Notes: generated by a model not told the origin, from the sequence alone. A DNA stretch of 64,000 bases from Obrimoposthia wandeli (GCA_977020255.1 CDROCS010000253.1:3782001-3846000); one strand, 5' to 3'. Positions 50,890 to 62,988 are shown, counted from the first letter of the stretch. Numbers and translations: made by a program.

Positions 50890-51933
50890 TTATACTGATA
50901 AATGTATTACTGCTTGAGTTTTATCAATTATTAATTGTTTATCTAGATCACTAAAAGTTGCATCAACGGGTAAATACCACCAGTTTTCTTTACAAAAACC
51001 ATGACACTTAACGGCATCTTTTTCAGTCATTAATAACGGTATATTATCATCAAATTCATTGAAGTCAGCAAGAGTAAAAGCATGATGATCAACAAAACTT
51101 TGTTGATTAATCACCTTAAAATTATTCGCTTTTAGTGTATCGAAAAATCGTTGTGGTGCGCCAATGCCTGCCATTGCATTCACTGAATTATTTAACGCAA
51201 GAAAATCCGTTAAATTAATGCGCTCACCGTTAAGTAAGTTACACAGCTCTGTTGCCACTAATGTCATGTGTAAACACGGATGAGACTTTTCCTGAGAGTC
51301 CTGCACGTCTTTACCATTAAAGCCTATACCGTTATAAATAACTAAATCACTTTGAGGTAAGCGCCACTGTCCTTCTCGCAATGGCCCCGCAGGTAATAAT
51401 AAACCATTACCAAATAACCGTTTACCATCGATAACCACTAACTCGAGATCTCGCACTAAACGATAATGCTGTAAACCATCATCACTAATAATGATATCGC
51501 AGCCTTGCGCAATAAGTAACTCCGCACTAGCGATACGATCACTACCAACCGCAATAGGTACCTGACAACGTTGCTGAATAAGTATAGGCTCATCACCGGC
51601 TTCTAATGAGGTAGAACTTTCATTAAGCAAATAGGGGTAATGGGGCGCTTTGCCGCCATAACCACGAGAGATGACACCTGGCGTTAACCCTAATGAACGG
51701 GTTAATTCAACCAAATATAAAACGATAGGGGTTTTACCATTGCCACCGACACCAATATTACCCACCACAATAACAGGCTTACTTAGCTGATATGATTTTG
51801 ATAAACCAAATTTAAAACTAAGACGCCTTAAAGAACTAATCAGCCAAAATAATGCGGATAAAGGCAGTAACATTGGCACCAACAGCCATTTAGCCGGATG
51901 ATTATCAAACCACACTTTCTCAATTAAGCGCAT
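50890..51933 (-). CDS. lpxK: tetraacyldisaccharide 4'-kinase
   Basis: VVGNIGVGGNGKTP, ISRGYGG, GDEP, SDDGLQHYRL, PAGPLRE, MTEKDAVKC. Confidence 0.96.
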   Translation of the reverse strand: MRLIEKVWFDNHPAKWLLVPMLLPLSALFWLISSLRRLSFKFGLSKSYQLSKPVIVVGNIGVGGNGKTPIVLYLVELTRSLGLTPGVISRGYGGKAPHYPYLLNESSTSLEAGDEPILIQQRCQVPIAVGSDRIASAELLIAQGCDIIISDDGLQHYRLVRDLELVVIDGKRLFGNGLLLPAGPLREGQWRLPQSDLVIYNGIGFNGKDVQDSQEKSHPCLHMTLVATELCNLLNGERINLTDFLALNNSVNAMAGIGAPQRFFDTLKANNFKVINQQSFVDHHAFTLADFNEFDDNIPLLMTEKDAVKCHGFCKENWWYLPVDATFSDLDKQLIIDKTQAVIHLSV

Positions 51934-51945
51934 AGCACACCTCGC

Positions 51946-53754
51946 CTATTCAAATTGGAAGCTATGCAACTGGGCATAAGCACCTTGTTTGGCAAGTAAA
52001 CTTTCATGGTTACCTTGTTCGACAATTTTACCTTGGTCCATAACAATTATTTTATCTGCACTCTCAATAGTCGACAATCGATGGGCAATAACAATTGACG
52101 TACGATTCTGCTGTAATGTTTGTAGGGCATCTTGAATATGACGTTCAGATTCTGTATCTAAGGCACTAGTCGCTTCATCTAAAATCAAGAAGGGTGTATC
52201 ACACAATAAGGCTCGCGCAATAGCGACACGTTGACGTTGACCGCCTGATAGTAAAGCGCCATTCTCACCTATATTGGTTTCAAGCCCTTGCTCCATATGT
52301 TCAGCAAACTCCATCACATGGGCGCTTTTCGCTGCTGCAATAATCTCAGTTTCAGTCGCTTCAGGTTTACCATAGGCTATATTATTGGCTAAGGTATCGT
52401 TAAATAATACAACCTGTTGAGATACATAAGAAAACTGTTTACGTAAATCTTTTAACTGAAATTGTTCAATATTAGTCTCATCAATCAATATCTCACCCGC
52501 AGTCGCATCATAAAAACGTAGTAATAACGAACTGGCCGTTGATTTACCGCTGCCTGAACGTCCCACTAATGCCAAAGTTTCGCCTGGCGCTAAGTCAAAA
52601 GTAAGATCACTTAACGCGAGTTTAATTTCTTGTTCTTTATCGCTTGCTGTCGTTGTCTGAGTATTTTCATAAGAAAAGTCAACATGTTTGAAAGACAAAG
52701 TCCCTGAGGCTCTCTCAAGTTTTTTGTCACCATTATCTTTTTCTTTTTCATGATCGAGTATCGAAAATATACTGACACAAGCCGCCATGCCTTGTTGAAG
52801 TTCACTATTAACATTCGTTAGCATTTTTAGAGGCCTTAACAACATAGTCATATAGGTGATAATACTGACAAAAGTACCTGGGGAGATGCTATCGCGTAAA
52901 CTATCTGAAGTAATAGCATAAAAAACAAAGGCTAAAGCAAACGAGGCTATGATTTGAATAATGGGCACACTGGCAGATTTTGTTGCCTGCATTTTCATAC
53001 GCTGCTGACGATTATGTTTATTGATTTTGGCAAAACGGGCGAATTCTCGTTGTTGTCCACCAAAAGTTAACACGACTTTGTGGCCATTAAAGGTTTGTTC
53101 TGCAGCGGTAGTTACCTCCCCCATCGCACCTTGAATGTTTTTACTGACTTTTCTAAAACGCTTTGACACTATACTGACAATCACTGCGATAACGGGCGTT
53201 ATGAGTAGAAAAATCAATGATAATTGCCAACTGTAATAAAACATCAAGCCAAGTAAACCAATAACAAAGGCGCTTTCTCGCACCATGGTTGATAGTGATT
53301 TACTCACCGAATTTAATACTTGCTCAGTATCAAAGGTTATTTTTGAAATAAGTGAGCCGGTAGACTTTTGATCATGAAAAGATACTGGCATTGACATAAT
53401 ATGTTCAAAAAGTTGTTGCCTTAAATCAGCGACGACATTATTACCGACCCAAGCTAGGCAATAATTAGCGATAAAGTGAGCGATGCCGCGAACAGTAAAA
53501 GCAGCAATAATAAACAATGGCGCCCATTTCATAAAATCAGCATTCGCCCCTGCAAGACCTTCATCAACCAGCGGTTTTAGTTGTGATAGAAAATATACAT
53601 CGATGGCTGCATAACTAAGCATACCAATGATTGCAGCGACAAAACCAAGCTTATAAGGTTTTGCGTAACTAACCAGTCGTTTAAAGTTTTGCCATGTAGT
53701 TACATTGGCTGAGTCAGAAGAAGGTAAGGCGCTTGTTTTTGAAGATGATGCCAT
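51946..53754 (-). CDS. msbA: lipid A ABC flippase
   Basis: Transmembrane domain plus GRSGSGKST, LSGGQRQR, ILDEATSALD, IAHRLST; directly upstream of lpxK. Confidence 0.95.
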   Translation of the reverse strand: MASSSKTSALPSSDSANVTTWQNFKRLVSYAKPYKLGFVAAIIGMLSYAAIDVYFLSQLKPLVDEGLAGANADFMKWAPLFIIAAFTVRGIAHFIANYCLAWVGNNVVADLRQQLFEHIMSMPVSFHDQKSTGSLISKITFDTEQVLNSVSKSLSTMVRESAFVIGLLGLMFYYSWQLSLIFLLITPVIAVIVSIVSKRFRKVSKNIQGAMGEVTTAAEQTFNGHKVVLTFGGQQREFARFAKINKHNRQQRMKMQATKSASVPIIQIIASFALAFVFYAITSDSLRDSISPGTFVSIITYMTMLLRPLKMLTNVNSELQQGMAACVSIFSILDHEKEKDNGDKKLERASGTLSFKHVDFSYENTQTTTASDKEQEIKLALSDLTFDLAPGETLALVGRSGSGKSTASSLLLRFYDATAGEILIDETNIEQFQLKDLRKQFSYVSQQVVLFNDTLANNIAYGKPEATETEIIAAAKSAHVMEFAEHMEQGLETNIGENGALLSGGQRQRVAIARALLCDTPFLILDEATSALDTESERHIQDALQTLQQNRTSIVIAHRLSTIESADKIIVMDQGKIVEQGNHESLLAKQGAYAQLHSFQFE

Positions 53755-53926
53755 TAGTTGTGATTACTCGAGTATTTAACTACCTAAAGGGAAAATTGAT
53801 AAAACATTAATTACATTAATGAAATAACTTTTATCATGCTTACTTTACTAAATAGTATTTTACCGTGAATTAGCGAGACAACCAACAAAAACTATAACCA
53901 CTTTCTAAAGCTATTCCCTCACGTAA

Positions 53927-56503
53927 TTAGTGGCTAAACCAAAACGGTCGTAAATCTTCAACATAACTTTGTGTCCTTATGCCCTCTTCATCAACGGTTA
54001 TGGTAATTTGTCCCAGTTCCGCGCTATTTAGCAATTGAATATTATTATCATGGTAACGTTGACTAACAATAGGTACCGGCATAGTCCAACGATTTAAATA
54101 ACCAGCACTGACTAAGGCAACTTTAGGTGATAATTGACTAAGAAATGCCTGACTTGATGATGTTTTAGAGCCATGGTGAGGGACTTGTAAAATATCAACA
54201 CTAAGCTGAGGGTAAAGTTTTAATAACTTATGCTCTACTTTCGAAGAGATATCTCCGGTCAAAAGTAATTTATTTCCCTGCTGATCACTAATTAAAATAA
54301 CACAAGAATCATCATTTTTTTGCTTGCCGTTATTCTTACCCATATTCTTACCCATATGAATACTTTCATCTGAAGAACTCACCGCTACAGGCCATAAAAT
54401 ATCAAACGTTAAACCTTGCCAATCAAAGCTCTTACTTAGCTGACAATCATTAAGTGGTGTATTACTAATGGTTGGCTTCAAGATAGCTTTGTCATTACTG
54501 ATAATCTCATCAATTGCTATATTGTCACTTAGAATTTTAATGCCGCCAGCATGGTCATTATCACTGTGACTCAATATCACTTTATCTAGTTTATCAATGC
54601 CTGAATATTGTAAAAATGGCAGTATCACCGCATCACTGATAGTAAAGCCACTGGGGTAAGCTGCTCCTGTATCGTATAAAATGGCATGATCATTTCGTTT
54701 GACTAACACCGATAGCCCCTGGCCAACGTCAAAGAAAATGATTTGCCATGAACGAGGAGCATAATACGCTTGGTAATCCATATAATGCTTTGAGGTTTCT
54801 TGTTTTGACCAGAAGTAATGATTTATAAAAGGTAGGCTTGGAAAATGGAAACTTAACAAACTCAGACTTACCGCTAACCCCAGTAAAACAAAAGTACTTT
54901 TTTTAACTCTCTTAGTGCAACGAAATGGCGATAGATAAACAATAACAAAAGTAGTAATTCCCGCGATCAACACAGCCAATTGTTGAGCGAATGAAAGTGA
55001 AATAATTGCATTCGGTAGCTCACTAAGCAACGTAAGGTAATACCACAACCAGCTTAACGATTGCAGTGATAACATCATAAACCATTGTGCTAAGGATTCA
55101 CTTAACGGCATTAGCAACACTGATATGAGCGCTGTAGGTATGCTAATAGCGCTCATCCAAGGCACAGCAATGATATTCGCCAATAAACTCACTAGCGATA
55201 TCTTTTGGAAAAATAACGCGGTAATAGGCATTAGCATCAAGGTTAGTGCCACTTGAATAATAAATAGTCCTTTGAAGAACCGCCAAAGAGAGGTGCCGTT
55301 ATGCAGCCAAGACTTAAATCTCCACAGAGATACAAAGATAATCGCTACCGCATAAAAAGATAGCCAAAAACTAACGGTTAATAAACTAAAAGGACTAATA
55401 ACCAATAAAATAAAGATCGTCAACAAAATTAACCGTTTAGCAGATAACTTTATCCCCACTAAACGACTAACCCAGTATAAGTTTAACATCACCAAAGCGC
55501 GTTGTGTTGGTAAGGAGAACCCAGCTAAATAGGCATATATCGTTGCTAACAAAAGGCTCACAGCAATAGCAACATAACGAATATTAATCCGCTGCCAACG
55601 GGGGTTTCTCAACGGTATATATTGAAAAAACAACATCACGATAAAGAACGCACTACCTGCAAGCAATCCTACATGTAAACCAGAAATAGCAATCAAGTGA
55701 CTAGTTCCTGTCGTTTGTAATACTTGCCAGAGATCAGGGTTAAGTGAACTACGCTCGCCAAAAGCTAATGCCAATAAGATAGGGGTAAGCTTATGATTTG
55801 GCGTCAAGCTTTGATAATGTTCAAATAGCGTTTGCCTCATAGTGCTATTCTTGATGAGTAATTTATTTTTCTGTAAGTTTTTCAACGCTTTTAAGTCTTT
55901 AGTTGCTGTAGACTGATGACTTTTCTTCTTTCTCGGGTTAACCACATACCCTGTTGCGGTAATGTTATGTGCTTTGAGCCAAGTTAAGTAATTAAAGGTA
56001 CCTATGTTGGCTAAACCATGCGCTGGCTTTAGCTTAACGTTCAGAGAAAGTCTTTGCCCTTGGCCAAACTCAAGGCTCGATTTTTGCCAACTTAATCGAA
56101 TAATTATTGGAGTTTCAAGTCGCTGTTCATTTATCTTATCAACAAGAAAGTTAAATCGTTTAGTCAAGTTACTTTTCTGTTTAGCAGATTTTTCCGTTAT
56201 ATTGGCATTCAACATCCTCTTTGGTTCAACTTGAATACTTAGTACCTCGCCTTCAACAAAAAAGGGCTGTTTTTTATGCATGAGATCAATAAGAGGGTTT
56301 GGTAATTGACTATGATAAAGATAAGCTTGAGTTAAGATCCACAAAGCTCCAAACCATAATCCGGAGCTACAACGTAATTTTTTATGGGAATAAAAGCCAA
56401 TAGCAAGACAAAAAAGTAAAAATAGCTGAGAAAGCGCTGGCACTTCCTGCAAAAATAGGGACAATATAGCACCAAGAAAAAATGTCAGTAACCACCAATC
56501 CAT
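53927..56503 (-). CDS. comEC: DNA uptake competence protein ComEC/Rec2
   Basis: GTSHLIAISGLHVG, AGFSLPTQRA, SFWLSF, FDVGQG, YDTG, SHSDNDHAGG, VPHHGSKTSS. ATG at 56503 is preferred. Confidence 0.93.
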   Translation of the reverse strand: MDWWLLTFFLGAILSLFLQEVPALSQLFLLFCLAIGFYSHKKLRCSSGLWFGALWILTQAYLYHSQLPNPLIDLMHKKQPFFVEGEVLSIQVEPKRMLNANITEKSAKQKSNLTKRFNFLVDKINEQRLETPIIIRLSWQKSSLEFGQGQRLSLNVKLKPAHGLANIGTFNYLTWLKAHNITATGYVVNPRKKKSHQSTATKDLKALKNLQKNKLLIKNSTMRQTLFEHYQSLTPNHKLTPILLALAFGERSSLNPDLWQVLQTTGTSHLIAISGLHVGLLAGSAFFIVMLFFQYIPLRNPRWQRINIRYVAIAVSLLLATIYAYLAGFSLPTQRALVMLNLYWVSRLVGIKLSAKRLILLTIFILLVISPFSLLTVSFWLSFYAVAIIFVSLWRFKSWLHNGTSLWRFFKGLFIIQVALTLMLMPITALFFQKISLVSLLANIIAVPWMSAISIPTALISVLLMPLSESLAQWFMMLSLQSLSWLWYYLTLLSELPNAIISLSFAQQLAVLIAGITTFVIVYLSPFRCTKRVKKSTFVLLGLAVSLSLLSFHFPSLPFINHYFWSKQETSKHYMDYQAYYAPRSWQIIFFDVGQGLSVLVKRNDHAILYDTGAAYPSGFTISDAVILPFLQYSGIDKLDKVILSHSDNDHAGGIKILSDNIAIDEIISNDKAILKPTISNTPLNDCQLSKSFDWQGLTFDILWPVAVSSSDESIHMGKNMGKNNGKQKNDDSCVILISDQQGNKLLLTGDISSKVEHKLLKLYPQLSVDILQVPHHGSKTSSSQAFLSQLSPKVALVSAGYLNRWTMPVPIVSQRYHDNNIQLLNSAELGQITITVDEEGIRTQSYVEDLRPFWFSH

Positions 56504-56614
56504 AGTGATATAAATCCTTTTATGTTTTGTGGGTAAACTATCAAACGAATGCCTTACTAACATTACCGATTGCTTTACCACGCTAACTTTTAGCCAAGAG
56601 ACCTTTAGAAGTAT

Positions 56615-57124
56615 ATGCCCAAAAAAATCATAAAACGTATGATGCCAGATCATCAAACGATAAAAGAAAACAAATATCTGAAAATCTTTGGCAATTTACT
56701 CCACAATGCCAATCTTTGGCACCTAAATCGTCACTCTGTTGCTAAAGCCTTTGCTGTCGGGTTATTTTTTGCTTTTATTCCGGTACCTTTTCAAATGGTT
56801 TTGTCGGCTGGTATTGCCATTATAGTACATGCAAATCTACCGCTTTCGATTGCATTGGTTTGGGTAACCAATCCGCTTACTATGCCTTTTATATTTTACG
56901 CCTGTTATTTGGTTGGTACTTGGGTATTATCAGTGCCTGAGCAAGAGTTTGCCTTTCAAGCAAATTGGCAATGGGTACTAGATAGCTTATCAACCATAGG
57001 TCCTGCATTTTTGGTTGGCTGCGGCGTACTTGCTATTATTTTTTCAATATTAGGTTATTTTGTAATACATTCGTTTTGGCGTTATCAGACAATTAAAGCA
57101 TGGAAAAGTCGTCCACACCGTTAA
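56615..57124 (+). CDS. DUF2062 membrane protein
   Basis: LWHLNRHSVAKAFAVGLF, WVTNPLT; typical neighbour of comEC. Confidence 0.85.
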   Translation: MPKKIIKRMMPDHQTIKENKYLKIFGNLLHNANLWHLNRHSVAKAFAVGLFFAFIPVPFQMVLSAGIAIIVHANLPLSIALVWVTNPLTMPFIFYACYLVGTWVLSVPEQEFAFQANWQWVLDSLSTIGPAFLVGCGVLAIIFSILGYFVIHSFWRYQTIKAWKSRPHR

Positions 57125-57144
57125 TTAAGCTTTAATAAATTCAC

Positions 57145-57180
57145 CACAGAGGATACAGAAACCAAATGACGTCCTCTGTG
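57145..57180. terminator. hairpin between the convergent DUF2062 gene and ruvB
   Basis: CACAGAGGA...TCCTCTGTG inverted repeat. Confidence 0.55.
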
Positions 57181-57202
57181 TAGCGCGAAGTGGAGCTATT
57201 AG

Positions 57203-58213
57203 CTATTCAGATGGCTCTTTAGTCAGACCAAAGTGCTGGTAGGCTCTATCAGTAACAATACGTCCTCGAGGTGTTCGCTGTAAAAAGCCTTGTTGAATTA
57301 AAAAAGGCTCTAACACATCTTCTATCGTTTCTCGCTCTTCACCAATGGCAGCTGCAACGTTATCTAAGCCAACAGGTCCGCCCATAAATTTATCAATAAT
57401 GGCATGTAATAGCTTTCTATCCATAATATCAAAGCCTTCACTGTCAACTTCTAGCATGTCTAACGCAGCAGCGGCAGTTTGTTGATTAACAACCCCGTGC
57501 GATTTTATATCGGCATAATCACGCACTCGGCGTAATAAACGATTAGCAATACGTGGCGTGCCGCGAGAACGACGTGCAACTTCAAATGCGCCCTGCTCAT
57601 CGATGGGTAAGTTTAAAAAATGTGCCGAGCGGCTAACAATAGTTGATAGTTCAGCAACATTATAAAACTCAAGTCGCTGCACAATACCAAATCGATCACG
57701 TAGTGGTGACGTTAATGCACCTGCTCGTGTAGTAGCACCAATAAGCGTAAATGGCGGTAAGTCTAATTTGATAGAGCGTGCTGCAGGTCCTTCACCAATC
57801 ATAATATCTAATTGATAATCTTCCATCGCTGGATAAAGTATTTCTTCAACCACAGCACTTAAACGATGGATCTCATCAATAAAAAGAATATCGTTTTCTT
57901 CTAAATTGGTTAACAGCGCTGCTAAATCACCGGCTTTTTCTAATACAGGTCCTGAAGTAGTACGAATATTAACGCCCATCTCATTGGCGACAATGTTTGC
58001 TAAAGTGGTTTTACCTAAACCCGGTGGACCAAATATAAGTAAATGATCTAAAGGTTCGCCACGATTTTTTGCCGCTGGAATAAATATTTCCATTTGCGCT
58101 TTAACATGCTCTTGACCGGTATAATCTTGCAACATTTTAGGACGAATGGCGCGATCTACCCTCTCATCTTCTACTGAAGCAATTGGTTCAATTAAGCGAT
58201 CTGCTTCTATCAT
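57203..58213 (-). CDS. ruvB: Holliday junction branch migration helicase
   Basis: [47 protein letters not shown]. Confidence 0.98.
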   Translation of the reverse strand: MIEADRLIEPIASVEDERVDRAIRPKMLQDYTGQEHVKAQMEIFIPAAKNRGEPLDHLLIFGPPGLGKTTLANIVANEMGVNIRTTSGPVLEKAGDLAALLTNLEENDILFIDEIHRLSAVVEEILYPAMEDYQLDIMIGEGPAARSIKLDLPPFTLIGATTRAGALTSPLRDRFGIVQRLEFYNVAELSTIVSRSAHFLNLPIDEQGAFEVARRSRGTPRIANRLLRRVRDYADIKSHGVVNQQTAAAALDMLEVDSEGFDIMDRKLLHAIIDKFMGGPVGLDNVAAAIGEERETIEDVLEPFLIQQGFLQRTPRGRIVTDRAYQHFGLTKEPSE

Positions 58214-58249
58214 AGGTTACCTAAATTCAACATGTGATTAATCCGTTTG

Positions 58250-58885
58250 CTATATCATTGATTTTAACGCATTGCGAATAATGTCTTCGCTAGACATTCC
58301 GGGATTATATACGGATTTAACCGCTTTATCTGCTTGTACTTGTTTATAGCCAAGTGATAGTAAGGCATTAATGGCATCACCCTTATTATCACTAATAAAG
58401 GTGCTATCTAGACTCAGTTCTGCAGAAAGTTGTTCTGGTATTACGCCGTCATTACTGACTAAGTGTATTTGTTGTGCTTGCCAGTCTTTTAAACGATCTC
58501 GCATTTCTATAAGTAAACGCTCTGCTGTTTTTTTACCAACACCGGGAATTTTTACAATAGCGGTAATATCATCGTGGCGAACACAACTAACAAATTGATC
58601 AGCAGACATATTTGATAAAATGGCTAATGCTAATTTGGGACCTACACCATTAACTTTTATCAATAATCGGAATAACTTACGCTCAACTTTATTGGCAAAG
58701 CCATAAAGCAATTGTGCATCTTCACGTACGACAAAGTGAGTATATATTGTCGCCTGTTGCTCAAGCTCAGGTAAGGCATAAATGCTAGTCATTGGCATAG
58801 TGACTTCATAACCTACGCCAGCGCATTCAATTAATATTTCAGGAGAAAGTTTTTCAACAAGCGTGCCACGTAAACGTCCAATCAC
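58250..58885 (-). CDS. ruvA: Holliday junction DNA-binding protein
   Basis: [41 protein letters not shown] at 58885 is preferred. Confidence 0.96.
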   Translation of the reverse strand: MIGRLRGTLVEKLSPEILIECAGVGYEVTMPMTSIYALPELEQQATIYTHFVVREDAQLLYGFANKVERKLFRLLIKVNGVGPKLALAILSNMSADQFVSCVRHDDITAIVKIPGVGKKTAERLLIEMRDRLKDWQAQQIHLVSNDGVIPEQLSAELSLDSTFISDNKGDAINALLSLGYKQVQADKAVKSVYNPGMSSEDIIRNALKSMI

Positions 58886-58927
58886 AACAAGTACCAATAA
58901 CTATTATTAATGAATCAGATATTACCA

Positions 58928-58943
58928 CTATATATTTATACAG
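58928..58943. promoter_or_regulatory. imperfect LexA (SOS) box upstream of ruvA
   Basis: Minus strand reads CTGTATAAATATATAG against consensus CTG-N10-CAG; one half-site is mutated. Confidence 0.45.
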
Positions 58944-59066
58944 TAAAGTGATTGGTTTTGCCGATTGGTTAATAACTGGTGTTACGCAGTAGTACTATGA
59001 CTGAACTACATCCCGTCTAAATACGGTCAATTCTTTTACGGATTGAAAGTCCTATAGTGATTGTTG

Positions 59067-59295
59067 TACTCATATCCTTCCAAGGTAAATTGTCGGGCCT
59101 CGCTACGCTCGTGTCGACCTGCAAAAACTAAGCTGCTTTATTACGTAGGTAAATTGTCGGGCCTCGCTACACTCGTGCCGACCTACAAAAGCTAAGCTGC
59201 TTTATTACGTAGGTAAATTGTCGGGCCTCGCTACGCTCGTGCCGACCTACAAAAGCTAGGCTGGTTTATTACGTAGGTCGATGCTTGCCTCGACA
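59067..59295. repeat. GTAG-type REP array: three 64-bp tandem units plus a terminal complete REP
   Basis: Units start at 59083, 59147 and 59211; each has TGTCGG...(C/T)CGACCT(A/G)C, the reverse of a GTAG hairpin. A forward GTAG-GTCGA...TCGAC REP lies at 59273-59295. Confidence 0.9.
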
Positions 59296-59416
59296 AAAAG
59301 AATAATACCAGGACTTTCGCCTATCAATTTGTCATTGACGGTAGAAATTCCTACCTGCATCAGCATGTTCTTTATATCTCTTTTCGGTGGTGATATTGTT
59401 TCTAAGTCCTCTGCCC

Positions 59417-59944
59417 TTAACGTAACCGGCCTCTGACTGTTTTAGTGGCTTGGCCAGCTAATATTGCAATACTGGTATGGCTATGCCCATGACATAGGGC
59501 TACCGCTAAGGCATCGGCGGCATCGGCTTGAGGCGTACCGGGTAACTTTAAAATACTTTTTACCATATGTTGTACTTGGCTTTTATCTGCTGCGCCAGTG
59601 CCAACAACGGCTTGCTTAATTTGCCTTGCTGAATACTCAGCTATGGTTAACCCTGAATTGGTCGCCGCGACAATAGCCGCACCTCTTGCTTGGCCAAGTT
59701 TTAAAGCACCACCGGGATTTACCCCCATGAAGACTTGTTCAATAGCAAACATATCAGGCTTAAATTGAATAATTAACTCAGAGACACCGGCAAAAATAGT
59801 TTGCAAACGTGATGCTAAATCTTCGCCCTGACTCATCGCCTTGATACAACCACTACCAAGATAGGTAAAGCGTTGCTTTTCTTGCTTAATAACGCCATAA
59901 CCGGTAAAACGTGAACCGGGATCAATGCCTAGTATTATTGTCAA
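59417..59944 (-). CDS. ruvC: crossover junction endodeoxyribonuclease
   Basis: [39 protein letters not shown]. Confidence 0.97.
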   Translation of the reverse strand: MTIILGIDPGSRFTGYGVIKQEKQRFTYLGSGCIKAMSQGEDLASRLQTIFAGVSELIIQFKPDMFAIEQVFMGVNPGGALKLGQARGAAIVAATNSGLTIAEYSARQIKQAVVGTGAADKSQVQHMVKSILKLPGTPQADAADALAVALCHGHSHTSIAILAGQATKTVRGRLR

Positions 59945-60074
59945 CAGATTGCCTTTTGATTGATATTTTTGGTTTAACTTAATCTTACGTTATATTAATG
60001 CCATAAAAAATGCAGCTAAAACATGGGTTATAGCTGCATTAACATCACTAATTTGAAGTATCATCACAATACAG

Positions 60075-60112
60075 AAAAGTAGCTATTTATCTATTGATAA
60101 GTAGCTACTTTT
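60075..60112 (-). terminator. intrinsic terminator after aspS
   Basis: AAAAGTAGCTA-TTTATC-TATT-GATAAG-TAGCTACTTTT hairpin immediately after the stop. Confidence 0.7.
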
Positions 60113-60118
60113 TTATGC

Positions 60119-61918
60119 TTATTCTTCGTTTTTCTTTTCTTCAGCTTTCTTTGCTTCAAGAACTGCTATACCTAAATCTTTTAACTGTTCAGGATTAGCT
60201 TTACCAGGCGCATTGGTTAGTGGACAAGCCGCTGTATTGGTTTTCGGGAAAGCCATTACGTCACGGATTGAACTAGCACCTGTCATTAACATCACTAATC
60301 GGTCAAGACCAAACGCTAAACCAGCATGTGGCGGAGCACCATATTGTAGTGCTTCTAGTAAGAAACCAAATTTCTCTTCTGCTTCTTCATCACTAATGCC
60401 TAAAATTCTAAAGACTGCTGCTTGCATATCTTGATTGTGGATACGTACAGAGCCACCGCCAAGTTCACAACCATTTAAGACCATGTCGTAAGCATCGGAT
60501 AACGCGCCAACCGGGTTTGCTTCTAACTGCTCAGCAGTTAAATTGGTTGGTGCAGTAAATGGATGATGAATAGCATGCATATGGCCATCTACTTCTTCAA
60601 ACATTGGGAAGTCAACAACCCAAAGCGGTTTCCACTCGCCTTGAAGTAAATCAAGTTCTTCACCTAATTTAAGGCGAAGTGCACCTAAAGATTCAGTAAC
60701 AACATTATACTTGTCTGCACCAAAGAAAATGATATCGCCTGTTGTCGCATTAGTGCGTTTTAATAAGGCAATAGCTTCGTCACTTGATAAGAATTTTAAG
60801 ATAGGTGACTGTAAACCTTCAACACCTGTTGAAAGCGCAGCATCAATATCATTAACTTTTAACCAAGGCATACCTTTTGCGCCGTAAATGCCAACAAATT
60901 TTGTTAATTCATCAAGGCCCTTACGTGAGAATTTAGCGGCACCTTGCGGTAGACAAATAACAGCAACACGACCATTTTCATCGTTAGCAGGTCCTGAGAA
61001 TACTTTAAATTCAACATCTTTTAAAATATCATCAACATCAATGAGTTCTAGTGGGTTACGTAAGTCTGGTTTATCACTACCAAAACGCGTCATTGCCTCA
61101 GAGTAAGGCATACGAGGAAACTCACCTAAATCAACATTCAACATTGTTTGGAATAATTCACGGATCATTTTTTCCGTAACTTCCATCACCTGATCACTAC
61201 TCATGAACGAGGTCTCAATATCTATTTGAGTAAACTCAGGTTGTCTATCGGCACGTAAATCTTCATCACGGAAACATTTAACTATTTGATAGTAACGTTC
61301 CATGCCTGACATCATTAGCAATTGCTTAAACAATTGTGGTGATTGTGGTAAAGCAAAAAATTGGCCTTTATGCGTACGACTTGGTACTAAGTAGTCACGA
61401 GCACCTTCAGGAGTCGCCGCCGTTAAAATCGGCGTTTCAATGTCTAAAAAGCCTAAGTTTTCTAATGAACTACGTACTGCCGAAGTCACTTTAGCGCGGA
61501 AACGTAAACGTTCAGTCATTTCAACACGACGTAAGTCTAAATAACGGTATTTAAGGCGAAGTTCTTCAGAGTTGACTTGGTTAGAGTCTAATGGCAAAGG
61601 CGCAGACTTATTTAAGATGGTAAGTTCTAAGCCTAGTACTTCAATACCGCCTGTTTTCATGCCTTTATTTACTTGGCCTTCAGGGCGAGCACGTACTTTA
61701 CCTTTTATTTGTACACAAAACTCATTACGTAACGTATTGGCTTTTTTAATTACTTCAGGTAAATCAGGATCATAAACAACTTGTACAAGACCTTCACGGT
61801 CACGTAAATCTAAAAAGATCACGGCGCCTAAATCACGACGTTTGTTAACCCAACCACATAAAGTTATTTCTTGTCCAATGTGAGATTCATTCACCTCACC
61901 ACAATAAAGACTACGCAT
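60119..61918 (-). CDS. aspS: aspartate--tRNA ligase
   Basis: [60 protein letters not shown]. Confidence 0.98.
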   Translation of the reverse strand: MRSLYCGEVNESHIGQEITLCGWVNKRRDLGAVIFLDLRDREGLVQVVYDPDLPEVIKKANTLRNEFCVQIKGKVRARPEGQVNKGMKTGGIEVLGLELTILNKSAPLPLDSNQVNSEELRLKYRYLDLRRVEMTERLRFRAKVTSAVRSSLENLGFLDIETPILTAATPEGARDYLVPSRTHKGQFFALPQSPQLFKQLLMMSGMERYYQIVKCFRDEDLRADRQPEFTQIDIETSFMSSDQVMEVTEKMIRELFQTMLNVDLGEFPRMPYSEAMTRFGSDKPDLRNPLELIDVDDILKDVEFKVFSGPANDENGRVAVICLPQGAAKFSRKGLDELTKFVGIYGAKGMPWLKVNDIDAALSTGVEGLQSPILKFLSSDEAIALLKRTNATTGDIIFFGADKYNVVTESLGALRLKLGEELDLLQGEWKPLWVVDFPMFEEVDGHMHAIHHPFTAPTNLTAEQLEANPVGALSDAYDMVLNGCELGGGSVRIHNQDMQAAVFRILGISDEEAEEKFGFLLEALQYGAPPHAGLAFGLDRLVMLMTGASSIRDVMAFPKTNTAACPLTNAPGKANPEQLKDLGIAVLEAKKAEEKKNEE

Positions 61919-62198
61919 GTATTTTTTGCCCTATACCAATTCTATTAAACATATTAACAAACGCCGTTTTGCGTTTGTCAGGATAATTTTGGCCATATTA
62001 TAAAGCAAAGATTATTAATGTCACCCTAGAACAAGCGGATGGGTAAATTAAAGCACCTACAGGGAGAAAAGCATGATCCAGTGGAATTAGGAATGTCTTT
62101 AAGCAAGCTATATAAAAAAATTCAAAAAAAAACGCTATAAATATAGCGTTGCGAATAAGATCGGTTAAAATAAGCCATTATCGATACTTAACATAATA

Positions 62199-62951
62199 GT
62201 GAATATAGCAAAGAAAATGCCTGATTCTGATACCGATTTAATTTACTCACAAGCACATAAGCAAGTAAAAAACTTTACCTTTGATGCACAAGTTGTTGAA
62301 GTTTTCCCCGACATGATCTCTCGTTCTGTACCTGGCTATAAGACGATTATCGATACTATAGGTCGACTTAGCCAACACTTCGCTCAAGAAGATAGCAACA
62401 TCTATGATTTAGGTTGCTCTCTAGGTGCTGCCACGCTTGCTATGCGTAAAGGCATAACCGCGAACAATTGTAAAATTATCGGTGTCGATAACTCTATCGA
62501 TATGGTAAAGCGTTGTAAAATGCATGTTGAGGCGTTTAAAGGCAATACGCCAGTGACGATTATTGAAGGTAACATTCAAGATATCGACATAGAAAATGCT
62601 TCCATAGTGGTATTGAATTTCACCTTACAGTTTATCGAAAAGCCACAGCGCCAAGCATTACTCAATAAAATAGCCCAAGGTTTAAAGCCTGGCGGTTTGT
62701 TAGTTTTGTCTGAAAAAATATCCAGCGATGACAGCGTTATTGATGATGTATTAATCGATTTACACCATAGTTTCAAACGAGATAATGGCTATAGTGAATT
62801 AGAAGTTGCTCAAAAGCGTAGCGCATTGGAAAAAGTGATGCTGACAGACTCACTTGATGTACATAAACAGCGATTAACACAAGCGGGTTTTCAACATGCC
62901 TCATTATGGTTTCAGTGTTTTAACTTCACCTCACTTATCGCCATTAAGTAA
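62199..62951 (+). CDS. cmoA: carboxy-S-adenosylmethionine synthase
   Basis: [35 protein letters not shown]. Alternative ATG at 62217. Confidence 0.95.
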   Translation: MNIAKKMPDSDTDLIYSQAHKQVKNFTFDAQVVEVFPDMISRSVPGYKTIIDTIGRLSQHFAQEDSNIYDLGCSLGAATLAMRKGITANNCKIIGVDNSIDMVKRCKMHVEAFKGNTPVTIIEGNIQDIDIENASIVVLNFTLQFIEKPQRQALLNKIAQGLKPGGLLVLSEKISSDDSVIDDVLIDLHHSFKRDNGYSELEVAQKRSALEKVMLTDSLDVHKQRLTQAGFQHASLWFQCFNFTSLIAIK

Positions 62952-62988
62952 TATAAAGTGCCCCATTCAAACGACTAATTAGAATCCT

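Noticed and set aside
54331-54354. 12-bp tandem duplication in comEC (MGKNMGKN), and a similar 15-bp near-duplication in the SLC13 gene (LLRDNLLRDNL)
   Set aside because: In-frame micro-duplications in loop regions, most likely ordinary slippage with no frame disruption.
53927-56656. Apparent comEC/DUF2062 head-to-head overlap
   Set aside because: It disappears when comEC starts at ATG 56503 (MDWWLL...), the plausible start.
59083-59295. Possible CRISPR array
   Set aside because: The 64-bp units are near-identical along their whole length, with no unique spacers and no cas genes; the GTAG hairpins indicate REPs.
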